NCBI GenBank assembly: GCA_010356995.1 | Contig: ML996697.1 | Span: 853,793 to 917,792, forward strand | Source of the DNA: Trichodelitschia bisporula | Lineage: Eukaryota | Length of the DNA: 64,000 bases | Direction of reading: 5' to 3' | The notes under the pieces: model-generated | The model's input: the letters and a program-made list of their open reading frames with translations, nothing else | What the model was told of the DNA's origin: nothing | Databases searched by the model: none | Made by a program: the position numbers and the translations under genes | Part shown: positions 1 through 12,900 of the stretch, one piece after another | How the letters are laid out: every line of letters starts with the position of its first letter | How positions within the stretch are numbered: the first letter of the stretch is position 1

Positions 1-568
1 TATCCGGGGACAACGAAACCACGGTCACATGGCCTGGTACAGCCTCAACACAAGGCTATACTCAATTCCGGACGTGGATATATAGAGCGCCTGGCTATAT
101 ATCGTGCCCCGAGCATATATAAGTGCTCGCATCGTTGCACAAGGACTTGAGAGATAAGATGCTATGTTCGCTGAGAAACTTCATGAACTGGGGAGTGTTA
201 GCCTGAGCGAGCTTAGTTTGTGTTGAAGACCTTGATGGGCCAGCGTCTCTAAGCCACTCAGGGAGCACTCACATCCACAGCCTGGATGACAAGCGTGCAA
301 GAACAGGCAAGACCAAAGACCGCCGCGGTGGCCTTCGGCGCGGGGGGGATGTTTGGCGGCGATCTCGCTCTGATCAAGGCGTGCCTTCTTCTGCCCCAGG
401 ATTAGCAGTGTGCGAGGAATAGAGGAAGAACGTACGGATTGGGATTCAGTCCAATCTCGTGTGGCGTGCCACTCCTCCCCGCAGCGTGTGCAGCTAAGCC
501 ATTTGAAGGTGAGGAAGCAGTTCTGAGGTTCGGGGGATTCGGAGTTGGAGGTTGGTCGCCGCTCCAGC

Positions 569-1143
569 TCAATGGGGCAGACCGCGCGGAGAATCATTGC
601 CTTTATTGCCATCATCAAGGTCGTTCGGAGTGACTGACGGGTAGAGGCGAGCCAATAGAGTGGGCGTAGACTCCTTAATCTCAACGTGGACGTCGTGGAT
701 GGAATGGTCAATCAGCATGTCGTGGCACGTGACGGCGACCACGATACCAAGCTCAGCGGTAATAGAGTCAGGCGGAACTCCTATGAGGATGACGGGAGAG
801 TGAGGTTTGTCTTCCGTGACGATGCGAACGGGCGTCATGGAGAATGCCCCGACACCCCTCCTCTCGAGACCACGAGCGTGATCGCGCCGGGTGCATCAGT
901 ATGGACCCAACCTTGACGAAAACACAAGTCGGCAACATCGTTGCTTTTGTGAAATGGTACCATCTTTGACATAAGACCATGCTGCAGGAATGAAGTAGCT
1001 TCGCTGGTTAAGGCAGGACCAATGATCTCCTCCCAGATGGCAGTGAGGTCGTGAGAGCCGAACCGTCTACAAGGGTCGGGTTTGTCGACATCAGCCGCCT
1101 CTTTGCGCTTCCGACCTGGATCATCAATCCGAGAGTTGATCAT
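569..1143 (-). pseudogene. Degenerate fragment of an uncharacterised fungal protein family that usually carries a C-terminal trypsin-like (Ssy5/peptidase S64-like) domain
   Basis: Two different frames carry consecutive motifs I recall from this family: HDLTAIWEEIIGPAL (ORF 835-1143) and PVRIV..PVILIGVPPDSITAELGIVVAVTCHDMLIDHSIHDVHVEIKES (ORF 569-838). There is a frameshift at about 838 and no recognisable protease domain downstream. Confidence 0.4.
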
Positions 1144-2326
1144 CCGGTTGAGGTATATCTCCGAGACCCAGTTCTCCTGGAAAAGCGTAAGTCATGGCGC
1201 CCTGGACTGGAAATGAATATTATATGCATTTTCGAATCCATTCCAAGCTTCAACCACCGGGCCTTCGATTTCAGTTTCCAAGGTCGAGAGCGGTCAGGCG
1301 AATGGCCTCTTCTCAGATCTTGTTGACTGGACCACCTCGCATCTGGCCTTATATAATAAGGGGGTGTCTGAGAGTGTCTCGTGGTCTGCAAGGTTGTGCT
1401 GGGCCTTTTCCTCCCAATGGGCGGTTGACTGGGCTGGCTTGCACTTCCGGCTCATGTTGTCGTTCTCCTAGCTGTTGGGATCAATGACGTTATTGGGGGG
1501 AAATGGCATCGGTGAAAAATGGAGCAGAGAGGGAGTAGAGGCGCTCTAGTGTGCTGTGGAAGTTGAGAGTTTGGCGAGTTCGGAGAATTTTATTGTTGGT
1601 TCAGTTGGTAGTAGACGACCCCGCTTCTATATAACCTTTTCCGTTTGTCAGTCTCAAACGGGAAAGTGTGTGGCAGCCTTACAAATAAAGTTGCCGGGAA
1701 TGGCTCGCAACATTTTCGGTGCCCAGGCCCAAAGGGCCAGCACAGTACAGCAATGTTTCGTTGACATTGTCGATAGTGCTGGTGTCGTATGAAGTTGTGA
1801 AGAATCACTTGTTGAGCTGTAGGTATATAGAATGTTGACGAGATTTTGAGCGTCGTTTCAGATAAAGTTTGAGTGGTGGTTGATGTGGTGAGGTTGGAAA
1901 GTGGGGAAGAAGATGTGGAGTGGAAGAGTGTGGGGAAAAAGATGGAGAAGGCTGATGACGGTGGCGTGTATGCACAGCATGGGCCGTGTGCTCATTGGCG
2001 AGATCCCTTGACTCACCGCCGGTTACCGGAATAACATACTTCGGGACTCTAAAGATATCGTGATCATTTCACGTGATATGTAACGGCAGCAAAGCAGCAG
2101 TAGAAGCCATGAATTCGCCTCGCAATTAAGAAGAGTATAGGACACATGTCCACACCGTTGGACCGACACCCACTGCTCCTCTAGACTACAAGAACATCAT
2201 ACACCCCTTGCCCGAACCCAGCCTCAACATGTCAATCCTGCGCCAGACTCCGGCCATAAACCCGATTCCAGTTTGCGAGATGAATATGCGGTTCCCCATT
2301 TCCCACAATCCCTCCGAGTGAGCACC

Positions 2327-3235
2327 CTAAGTGCGAGCCTCAAAGCGATTCTTCCGCGCCTGCGCCGCCTGGCGATCCTTCTCTGTCATCCACCCCGGCA
2401 GTCTCTCACCACCCTCCCTCTCCCTCCGCGGCAGCCTCTCCCCACCCTCCCTCCGCGGCCGCTCATCCCGCCGGCCCTGCCCACCACGCCGACCATTCTG
2501 ACCACCCTGACCGCCCTGACGCCGCCCATCACGCGCATTGCCATCGCGCCGCCCATCGCGCCCAGACCCATTAACATCACGGCGCTTGTTCACACGACCA
2601 TCCTCCCCATCACCCCTCCGCTTCCGGCCACCCTCAGGCAACGCCTCATCCAACCCACGCGGCCCGCCCGTCTCATTAAACTTCTTCGCCCGCTCAAGCT
2701 TCTTGATCGCCTCCGCAGCAATGGGATCTTCTTCGCCCTCCTTCACGCCAAAGCGCGCAGCGCGCTTCTTGCGCCGCTCCAGTTCTTCATCGATGCTCGT
2801 CGAGGCCAGGCCCGCTGCGTAATCGACCTTCGGCTCGGGAGTCGGCTCCGCGGCCGGGGCATCGGTGGCGGGCGGGATGACGGTCAGGTCATCCGTGGTC
2901 GCTGGGTCGATGGCGGGAACCTGGTTGGGGACGGCAGCGGGGTTGTTGCCGTCGGACTTGGAGTCGGTGGCAGCTTCGGCGTTGGCGGGTGCGGCGGCCT
3001 TGGGGTCGGCGGCCTCGTCATCCCAGTCGATTTCGTCTTCGTTGGCGGGTGGAAGCGCGGCAGCGGCGGGTGCGGCCTCAGCGGGCGTCGCGTCGGTGGC
3101 GGGCGCGCTGTCCTTCTTCGCGTCGTCGTCCTGCAGCCGGGCGACCATTTCGGCCTTTTTGCCTGTGTGTGGCAGGGAGCGGGACTTGAGGAGGGCCTCG
3201 AGTTCGGCGTTTTTGAGTTTCGCGTAGTCGGGCAT
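2327..3235 (-). CDS. SAP-domain RNA-binding/mRNA export protein (Tho1/SARNP/MOS11-like), 302 aa
   Basis: ATG at 3235. N-terminal SAP domain YAKLKNAELEALLKSRSLPHTGKKAEMVARL, Tho1-type motif DEELERRKKRAARFG...KKLERAKKF, and an RG-rich tail. No introns. Confidence 0.88.
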   Translation of the reverse strand: MPDYAKLKNAELEALLKSRSLPHTGKKAEMVARLQDDDAKKDSAPATDATPAEAAPAAAALPPANEDEIDWDDEAADPKAAAPANAEAATDSKSDGNNPAAVPNQVPAIDPATTDDLTVIPPATDAPAAEPTPEPKVDYAAGLASTSIDEELERRKKRAARFGVKEGEEDPIAAEAIKKLERAKKFNETGGPRGLDEALPEGGRKRRGDGEDGRVNKRRDVNGSGRDGRRDGNARDGRRQGGQGGQNGRRGGQGRRDERPRREGGERLPRREREGGERLPGWMTEKDRQAAQARKNRFEART

Positions 3236-3690
3236 GGTTGCGCGTCGGGGTGAGCGGTTGAGAAGGGTGTTTTGAGGTAGAGATGGGATTCGATGGAGAG
3301 TGTTGAGATGGGAGGAGGATGGAGGTTGGATAAGAGGTGTCTGATGGTGATGGAGTTGACACGGTTGTTGGGATGGAGGTGGAGATGGGGATGGATGGGG
3401 TGACGACGCGACACGCTTGAGCGCTTGAGGCAACTTTTCCTCTGCTTGCGGATGGCTGGGCGGTCTTGGCGCCCATGCGCCCCTGTGTGGCTTGGCGCAT
3501 TCTTTGTGAAAGTTGATGCCTTAGCGCCTTTGTGGTGCTCCATCCGTGCCAACGCACGAGAGTCAACGGTTTCTCGATATGTCATTGTTTGACATGAGAC
3601 AAGATCATTGTGCTGTGTCGTACAAGTGATCATAGTTTACCTAGGCTTAAGACTCACCACACCACCTCGAAGACATGCTAATCTGGGCTT

Positions 3691-5170
3691 TTACCTCCCA
3701 ACCTCTCCCTCCTCAAGCTCCACCTCCATCTCCTCGATCCCAACATACCCCCCCTTCCTCCCCCCACACCCCTCCAAACACCCAACATGCACCAAATGCC
3801 CCCTCGCCCTCCTAACATACGCCGCATACCCCCCCGCCGCCGCCCCAACCGCCACCCCACTCACCATCGCCGGGATCCAAAACTCATCAGGAGTGGACCA
3901 CACCAGCGTCCCCGCATACGCCAGACACTCCGCGCCATTCTGCAGCGCCGCTTCGGCGGACGCAAAAGCACCTCGCGCGGACTCATCCACGGCCTACATC
4001 GTTAGTACGCGTCTTGTACGCCGCTGGGGAGCCTACGGTTTGGACTAGCTCCTGCACCGCGAGATCCACGCCCCACAGCCCGAGTCTGCTGGCCGCAATG
4101 GCGGCTGCGAGGGAGGCGGCGCCGCCACCGGCGGGGTGGGTGAGGAAGGCGCCCAGTCCGAGGGCGAGGGTGCTTGTTTGATAGGTTATGGCCCAGAAGC
4201 CGGCGCGGAGGGGCCCGATGCGCGAGGAGAGGAAGGGGAGGGCGAGAGTAGCGCTTAGTTCGGAAAGGGCGGCTACGGTGCGGAAGACGCTGGTGCTTAG
4301 GGGAGAGAAGCCGGTGCTGAGGAGGTAAGTGGTGAAGAGGGCGCCGGGCGTGAGGACGGTTAGGTAGAGGAGGCTGAGGGAGAGGGAGGGCGGGAGGAGG
4401 GGGTGGGTTAGGTAGGTGCGCCAGGGGGAGGGGGTGGGGAGGGGGGGTTCGGGAGAGGTAAGACGGTTATCTAGGGAGATTTCAGGCGAGGTGCGGTTGG
4501 GGCGGGGTTTGGTTGCGAGGGCGGGGACGGCGTGGTACACCCTTTCGATGGCAAAGTATTCCACTGCCACGGAGAGGAGGTTCATCCCCAGAGTGGCCAG
4601 AATAGCAACCGGCGTAGACGCCAGTTCGACCACGAACGAGACCACCACGGGCGAGGCCAACTTGCACGAAAGATCTATCCGGCGCAGGACCGCATTGAGC
4701 GCGCCCAGTGGCGTGTCCGTGCTCTCAGCAATCACAACCACCCAGTCGCGCTCCACGGCAATCGTGTTCGCAATAGCAGCCAGCTTCTCCGTGCATGCAG
4801 CGAGCACGGCGGCAGGGAAGCAAAGCCAGAACACCGGGCCGTGCCGCGCGGTCGCGGCATGCAAGCCGAACAGCGCGGCGCAGGAGAGCGCAACTGACAG
4901 CCTCTGAGTGACGATGGAGGCGCGCACGGCGGCTAGGCGGTCCGTGGCATCGAGGTAGGCGCCGATGCGGGCTGCGAGCAGGGTTGTGGACAAGGCGCGG
5001 ATGAGGGCGAGGAGCGAGGCGTAAAAGAGGGTACCGGGGAAGAGGGCGGTGAGGAAGAGGACTGTGGCGAATTCGAAGGCGCGCGAGTTCCAGGCGCTGA
5101 GGGTGTGGGAGAGGTAGAGTTTGGGGAGGATGGGACTTGGGGGGGGCGATGTGATGGGGGGGAGATCCAT
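3691..5170 (-). CDS. Ferroportin (FPN1/SLC40)-like MFS metal exporter; exons 5170-4037 and 3993-3691
   Basis: Ferroportin motifs LYLSHTLSAWNSRAFEFA, NTIAVERDWVVVI, LNAVLRRIDLSCKLASP and SRLGLWGVDLAVQELVQ. A 43-nt GT..CTAAC..AG intron (3994-4036) joins to AVDESARGAF...RGHLVH. Confidence 0.88.
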
Positions 5171-7562
5171 CGAAGGGTTGTGAGTCGTGATATGCTAGAA
5201 TATGTCGGAGGTGTTTTGCGCGGGATGCACAGGCGCGCCTGAGTTCCTATCGGAGGGCATCTGGTCAGCTTGAAAGGGAAGTCGAGGTGGAGGGCAAGGT
5301 TTATCGATCCTGGACGATCCGTTACCGGCCGTGAGGATTTTCGCGCAAGGCTATTTGCGCAAGGCTATTCGCGCGATCTACCCGGTAGGCCAGCGCATCC
5401 GAACTCCCAAGTAATGCCATCTCTGCATGTCGACGACTCAGATAGTGTGAGTGAACAGCAGAGTCGTGAGGCGCCCAGTCCAGAGTTGCATCTGCAAGTT
5501 CACTGCTGCCGCATATTGCCTCAACGTTCTTATGCTGAGTGATGAGATGTCGTCACATTAGAGTGCCCGCAAGGCCCCCAGTCCGATCAATTGGAAGCCT
5601 GATGCCATCCGTTCGTCCATTTCCGGCGCTTGGCGATGGATCCGTTCCTGACGTCTGCTAACTGTAACATAGCGACGACGGAGACGATGTCAAGTCCAAC
5701 GACATGGTAAAGGCCAAGGACGCTGTGTCAAGGCCGTTCAGAGGCCGCCCCTGGACGTGTAACACAACATTTTCCATAAGCGGGAGGCCGCATACCCTCC
5801 CTGAGCACCCCCACGGCCGGACACAGCACCGGGAGCGCAAACTCCCTTGCCTCAACGCGCGTCTAACCACTCAATGGAAAGACGGCCTGCGGCTGCATGG
5901 CGTCAAGGACTGCGCTTCGAATCCAAGCAGTTGCCCAATACGGAAGGCGAACTGAGGTTTCCGCTTGGACCAGGAATGGGTACATGCCCTCCGCTTCATG
6001 TTTGTCAAGCGGAACGTCAGCCCATGCACCCAATGGCGTCTACTTGCATACTACTGGATGGCTCGCTTTCGGTCCTTCTCTCCGGAATACCGGCACCCAA
6101 ATTGAGGCCTCCAGGGCACATTTAGTCTCAGATGGAGGCGCGATGCTATCGTCAATGACCACCAGATCGTCTTTGACTATCAAATACAGATCCACGATAT
6201 GGCATATGAGCACAGGCACGCGGGATGGAAGAGCCGGGTTTGTGGAGAAGTAGTGGGGGGGGCAGGCGCTCTAGCCATCCCATCGCGAGAGAAATAGATT
6301 GAGCGTCTAGCGCCAAACGAGCGGCAACCCAAACAGCAAGTCGGCTGCCGCGATTAAGCTGCTGACATACTACCACCACTTATCTATTCGATCCCGTCCC
6401 GCGCCCGGCGGTCCGGGGCGCTGGTCTGCATGCATATATTGCTGCAGGAATGCTCAACGGACGTCTGGGAACCCAAGTGGTGGAAGCTGGCCCATCCCGC
6501 AAGTCGAACGCCACGAAAGGTCGGTGAATTCGTACGGTACATCCATTGTAGTCCGGAGGCCGGCAGTCGGGGAGCATGTCGAACGACGCTTGCACTTGCG
6601 TTTCAACCTGCATGTCCTAGCCGGGATCGATGCGTGCCACTGTGGCATCTAGGTCCGTCAGACGGACAAGGGCAGATCTCACCAGCCCTTACTCTCCCGG
6701 GATCTCCGCAGTCATCGATTTGCCGCGCCAGCAACAACACCACCCGCCCTTCCTCCCCAACCCAGAAGCTAACCCATCGCCAACGCCCTCCGCAATTCCA
6801 GATATCGCCCTCCGCTCTCGATATTTGAAAAATAGGTATTTGGCATGCCGCCCTTCACCCGTCGTCTGCGTCCAGCCACACAACCGCCGCCAACCGCCAC
6901 GCAACGCCCCCGGCGCCGAACGTTGATGGCGCTAGTGCGCACAGCGCGCCTCTGATTGGCCAGCCGCCAAACGCTCAGCGACGATACCGCACTGCAAGCG
7001 GCATGCTCCTGGCCCGCCCCCAGACTTTGCAAATAACGCAAGACCAATGTACAGTACATGCGGGCCAGCGAACGCAGCTGCGGAACGCGGGATGGCTTCT
7101 CGCTATGCCATACCATGCCATGCCCATGCCGAGCCCGCCCCCACCCCCTGGGGAAGGTAAAAGTGCCGCCGGCCCTGCAAAATGGCTTTGATCTCGACCC
7201 ACACAGCCTGGTAATCGGGTCGCGGATCGGCCCACCCGCCGATCAAGTAGACGCGATTGGCAAGTATAACACCACATCTGTTCGCCTGTGAACTCGACCA
7301 CCGAACTACTTTTCTTGCCATCTTGACCGAACCTTCCTCGTTCTTGACTGTCGTCGAAAAAGGGCTGCTGCTTCGGAATATTTGCGCCAAGGCAAGCGCT
7401 TCGCACGACGACAGAAGCGGCCGAGTATAAAGGCACTTTTACCCGACCTGATATCACCTCCGACTTCCCAATTCTCCAACGCCTGCATTGAACTTTCTTT
7501 CTCCACGTTCCGGGCCCCACTGTCTCGCTTCCAACCCCACAACCACGCGGAGGCTGCTCACC

Positions 7563-9992
7563 ATGGCACCTCATCTCAATGCCAATGGCGTTAATGGAAT
7601 AATTAACGGGCATATCCCGCCAACGCCGAAGGATACACCCATCTCGACGAAGCCAGCATCCACGTTTCCCTTTCCAGGTCCCCAACTGGAACCCGCACGA
7701 AAGCACGCGGAAGCCACCGCGGAAATATGGAACGACATTCAAGCATATCGCAAAGGCGAGAAGCGTGTTCTTATCGACGGATTCTCACTTGACATTCCGA
7801 GCCTCGTTGCTGTTGCGCTGTGCGTATCGTCCTTTTCGTTTGACAGCACTGGCGCTCAACGGATACATCTAACATATCTACAGCCACGGATGCTCACCCC
7901 AACTAGATCGCAGCGCCAAAACACTAGCCAGAATCGACAAAAGCGTAGCCGTGTTGCGAGAGAAGCTCGAAAACGGCGAGCAAATATACGGTCCCACTCC
8001 CCAATTACCCGCAACTCAGCCTAACACCACAGCTAACCTCCAACAGGAGTCAATACCGGCTTCGGCGGCAGCGCCGACACCCGCACAACCGACCTGCCCG
8101 GCCTCCAACGCGGTCTAATCCAGCACCAAAATGCTGGCATCCTCTCGCCAGACGACATATCCACCTCTCCGTCTTCCGACCCCGGCTCGCGCTCCGCCCT
8201 CTCCCTCCCCACACCCTGGGTCCGCGGCCTGATGCTCGCGCGCCTGTCCTCCGTCGTCCGCGGCCACAGCGCCGTATCGCAAGCCGCAATCGACGCCATT
8301 GAAGCCCTGCTAACACACAACCTAACCCCCGTGATACCGGCCCGGGGCTCCATCTCCGCCTCCGGCGACCTGATCCCGCTCTCCTACCTCGCCGGCGTCC
8401 TGCAAGGCAACCCCGACATCTACGTGCGCGTGCTGCTCCCCGCGGCGCCTACACCGTCCGACCCGAACCCCCGCCCAACCACCACTATCCTTCCCTCCCC
8501 ACTCGCGTTGCGCATGGCCAAGCTCTCACCGCTCACGCTCGGCGCAAAGGAAGGCCTCGGTCTGCTGAACGGCACCGCGGCATCGGCATCCGTCGCCGCC
8601 ATCACGCTGCAGGAAGCCAATTGCCTCGCGCTGCTGACTCAGATGCTCACGGCTATGATGTGCGAGGCTATGGCCGGCAGCGCAGGCTCCTTCGCCGCAT
8701 TCATCGCCGCGGCCCGCCCGCACCGCGGCCAAATCGAAGCAGCAGCCAACATCCGGTCCGCGCTAGCGGGGTCGCGCCTCGCGCAGAGCCACACGTCGGG
8801 CACAGACGCGGGCGATCTGGCGCAAGATCGGTACGCGCTGCGCACGGCGCCGCAGTGGATCGGGCCGTACCTCGAGGACCTAGCGCTGGCAACGGAGCAA
8901 GTATCCGTCGAGCTCGTCAGCACGACGGACAACCCTTTGGTCGACCCGGACACCGGCGTCATCCACCACGGCGGCAACTTCCAAGCTACAAGCCTGACCA
9001 GCGCAATGGACAAGACCCGAGTCGCCCTAGCGCAGCTCGGCGCGTTGCTCTTTGCGCAGGCGAACGAACTTGTCGACCCAGCGCGCAACAGGGGGCTGCC
9101 GCCAAACCTCGCGCCCGACAACCCGAGCACCAGTTTCTTTGGCAAGGGGCTGGACATCAGCGTTGCGGCGTATAGCGCGGAACTCGCATTCCTAGCTGCG
9201 CCGGCTGGGATCCACATGCGTAGTGCGGAAATGCATAATCAGAGCGTGAACAGCATGGCGCTTCTTGGAGCGCGCATGGCCGCCCAGTCGGTCGAGGTGG
9301 CGTCTATGCTTGCTGCTGCGGCGCTTGTGCTCGTTTGCCAGGGCCTGGATCTGCGCGTCTTGCGCACACGCTTTGCGGACACACTGGCTCTTGACCTCGA
9401 AACCCTAACCGACCCCGCCTACCTCCTGGAGCACTACCCTGCGCTCGCCGCTGCGCTTGCCGGCCCTGCTCGCATGCCTGGCCTCCTGCCCACAGCACTC
9501 GCAGCCTGGGACGCGACCGGCGCGCTAGACCTGGGCCCGCGTTGTGTCCGCGTGGCTGAGCGTGTGACCGCTGAGCTCACGGCAGAGCTGCAGCGGCGGG
9601 CAGTGGCACAGGTTGCGGCTGCAGCGAGGACCGCCAGGGAATCGAATAGTGCTGAGCCGGGCGCCTCCGGGCTCACAATCTTCGCCGAGCTGGCGGGCTG
9701 GACAGCCGAACTGGCTTGCAACTTAGAGGACTTTTACGAGACTGCACGCGCGGATATGTACGCCGAACATGCCAATATCACACCAGGCTACTTGGGTTCG
9801 GGGACAAGGCGGGTGTATGAGTTTGTGCGTGGTCTGGGTGTGGGTTTGCACAAAGGCAGGGAAGATGATCCGTTGAATGAAGGAGTGGAAGGGGAGGGGA
9901 AGAAGACCATTGGTGGGCTTGCCGGACGAGTGTATGCTGCGATACGTGGAGGAGAGATTTATGAGGCTGTTGTTGAGGGGCTGAGGGGTTGA
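7563..9992 (+). CDS. PAL: Phenylalanine/tyrosine ammonia-lyase (MIO-dependent aromatic amino acid lyase); exons 7563-7819, 7884-7990, 8047-9992
   Basis: The spliced frame gives IYG-VNTGFGGSADTR, the MIO motif GSISASGDL, KEGLGLLNGTA, QDRYALRTAPQWIGP, TDNP, HGGNFQA and AEMHNQSVNS. Introns are 7820-7883 and 7991-8046. TATAAA at about 7426. Confidence 0.95.
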
Positions 9993-12900
9993 AGAGTTGA
10001 GGAGGGAGTAGGTCGGTAAGGCGGGGGAGGTGAGGTACTGGTGGGACCATGGGATGGAAGGTGTCTAAGGCGGGATGGGAGGGAAGGTGCCGGTGGGACG
10101 ATGGGAGGAAGGTGCCGGTGGCGGAATGGAAGAGAAGGTGCCAGCGTCAGCATGAGGGGGAAGGCGCCGGCACGGGGCGATGAGGGCATACTGCTCGTGA
10201 GTCGCAGGGCCTCACTACCCGCCGCCTCGCAATGCCGCCGAAATTGGGAATTGGGATGTGGAGCCGGACATGGCGTACGAAGGCGCACACTCCGAGGGCA
10301 GAGGTCGGGGTTAGCCACGGCGGACCAACGGGCGTTCATACGTTCAACGTAGTATCTAAGAACTGTCTGCTTTTTTTTTCCCTCCGAGCAAGGCTGGCGG
10401 CTACGTCGCTTACGTGCATTAAACCCCCCCTCTGGGATCCCGAAACAGTCGGCGCACTATGCTTCGTCGTCTCCCCGCATTCGTCCCATTGAAGACTGCG
10501 GCATTCCTTTTTCTCCGAGAGCAAGGCTGATGGATAACGCCGTCGCTTACATGCATGACATCCCATCACTCCCGGATCTCGAAACCGGCGGCTTGACTCC
10601 ATTCCACGCCGGCGCGCTACGGTCCATCCTCTCCCCGCGTCCGCGCCAGCTAGCTCCGCGACGCCGTGGCTGCGGAGAGTTGATGACCGACATACCCGTG
10701 ACGCGCATCCAGACCCTACATCCGGCCATACCTCCGGCGCATCTCCGACTCCCACACTGCAGCCCATCACCGGCACATACCGCTTGACGGGAAAAGGGAC
10801 GTACCAGTTGCCAGCCCCGAGCGCCAGCCCCGAGCGCCAGACCCACGGAGTACGTACCGCATCCCTCTCACTCCGCGGGACAATAACCCGCATCCCCACG
10901 CCACGCCACAACCCTCCCCTCCCCTCCCCTCCCCTCCCCTCCCTCCCAGTCCTCTCTTCCCTCCCAGTCCTCTCTTCCCCTCCCCTGCCCTGCCCTGCCC
11001 TCGCTCGCGACATTAATCCGCAACCCTGTCAGGCCACGAGCGAATGAAGCCGCAAACACGCGTCCTGACGCGCTGATTCGTCGGCAGCAGCCGCGCAACC
11101 ACACACCACGACGTCACATGACTGGCGGGCGCTGTGGACACCCCGGCTTTGGCACGGTGAGTGCGACGAATAAAGGCTGAAGGCGGGGGTGCGGCGGGGG
11201 GAGGTCGGGACAGGGAGGGAGGTGTGGAGGCGAGCGAACGGTGGGCGGAGGAGGTGGGGTACCTACTGGCTACATTTGGGGGAGGCTAGCGGCGGAGAAT
11301 GGGCGGGCGGGCGGGCGGACGGTACGGGCGGGTTTGAGGGTTTGGAGGGTTGAGAGAAGGCATTAAGGCGAGCGGGAGGGAGGGAAGGGAGGCGGGCCGC
11401 GATGAGGTGAGAAGTGAGAAGAGAGAGAGAGAGAGAGGGAACGAGAGTGGCGGGTGTGCGCTGGCGGAATTGGGGCTGGTGCTGGATGTGGCGAAGGCAC
11501 AGCCACGATTGTTTTGGGGTTAGGGCTGACGGGAAGGCGACGGGATGTGCCTCAGGTACCGATTAGCCGGGGCTGGGTGAGGGTGAACCTTGAAGAGTTA
11601 CGTACGTACTTTTAGATATCGGTAAATGTCGGCGCTGCGAAATGTCAGCCAGAAAGAGAGGGAAAGAGGGAGGGACAGAGAGGTAGACTCGACATCTCGT
11701 ACCGTCATTGCGCTTGCAGCACCACCTGTATCACCCGGGGAAGCCGTTCCCCATGATGCGCAATAATCCCAGCCCAAGCCCCACCAAACGCTCGACGCCC
11801 AAGCTCGCACGGGCAGCCCGAGTAAGCGGTTCGCCCCAACCGTGCATTGCTTCTTTCGGAGCGACGCCTGCCACTCATCGACGGCGGGCTTGAGATGCGA
11901 GGCTAGAGGCGTCGCCAACGGCGTTTTTCGGTGGAGGGCCGTGCGTGGAGGGGGAGTGGTGACTCTGGCTGTTGAACCCCTCCCTGGAAGCTGGAAGCAA
12001 AGAGGCAGTGACGCCGCGCATTTCCCGGTACACTCCGCGGTTGCGACTTCGGCGGCGTCGAGACGTGCTCGCTCTGGCTCATCGATTACGTGCCATTCGC
12101 ACGTCGTCTTGAGCGCCGCTTGCTTGCCATAGGCGAACGGAGTCGGGCATGGTCACGTTTCCGGGTGTTATCTGCGCCATATCGTCGGCCGATGTTTTCG
12201 CCCTGTTTTAACTCTCAGTGCCGGCGATCCAGATTCCAGGACTTGGAATCATTGGAACGGAGGCCAAGTGCTAGTTCTTTTTGCGCCAACTTCGAGCAAA
12301 GTACCGGTAGCGTACCGCACTATCCGCGCCGTCTCCCACCCGTCGGCGTGCAAGTCAGCTGCCAACCGTCACGTTCGCACGCAGCGTGCGCGCGCCGTTA
12401 CGCCCCTCGCGGTTCGGCGCTGCAGTTCGGGCTCGGAAGTTTATGCCTCAGCTCTCATCTCTCAAGTCCGCAGCTGATGCGCGGCGGGCTTGCGGAGGCA
12501 GAAGGGATTGGGGCCGTGGCATTGGACTCGCAGGGTCGTCGTCGCGGCGCCGCTTTTTGCGCCTCCCTGGTTGCCGTCGGCCCTGTGGACGCGGCCCGCT
12601 GCGATTAGCGAGCGGCGCGACGAGGACACGGTCTCTTTTCGCCTAAACATTCTCCGCCTCACTGCTGAGATCGTCTATTGGGCTGGTGGGCGGTGGTGGG
12701 CGTGGTGGTGGTGGTGCGCCATATCGTTTCCGCTGCTTCAAAACACCAAGTGCCCAGAAGAGGAGGGGTGAGCCGCGCGGGGGAAACGGACCACATACGT
12801 AGTTCTACGGTACCGTGGAGAGGAAGGAGCCACCCTCTCCAGCCTACCAAATCCATTGCATCATCAACTCTCTCACGCAACGCTCAGGAGAAGTATCAGG

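Noticed and set aside
2273..3253. 326-aa plus-strand ORF, and similar long antisense ORFs over PAL, eIF3a, CCT3 and the secreted genes
   Set aside because: These are shadow ORFs antisense to recognisable genes in GC-rich sequence and have no independent motifs.
5240..5450. GATA-like sites upstream of the ferroportin gene as SreA iron-response elements
   Set aside because: No full ATCWGATAA match. Isolated GATA cores are expected by chance.
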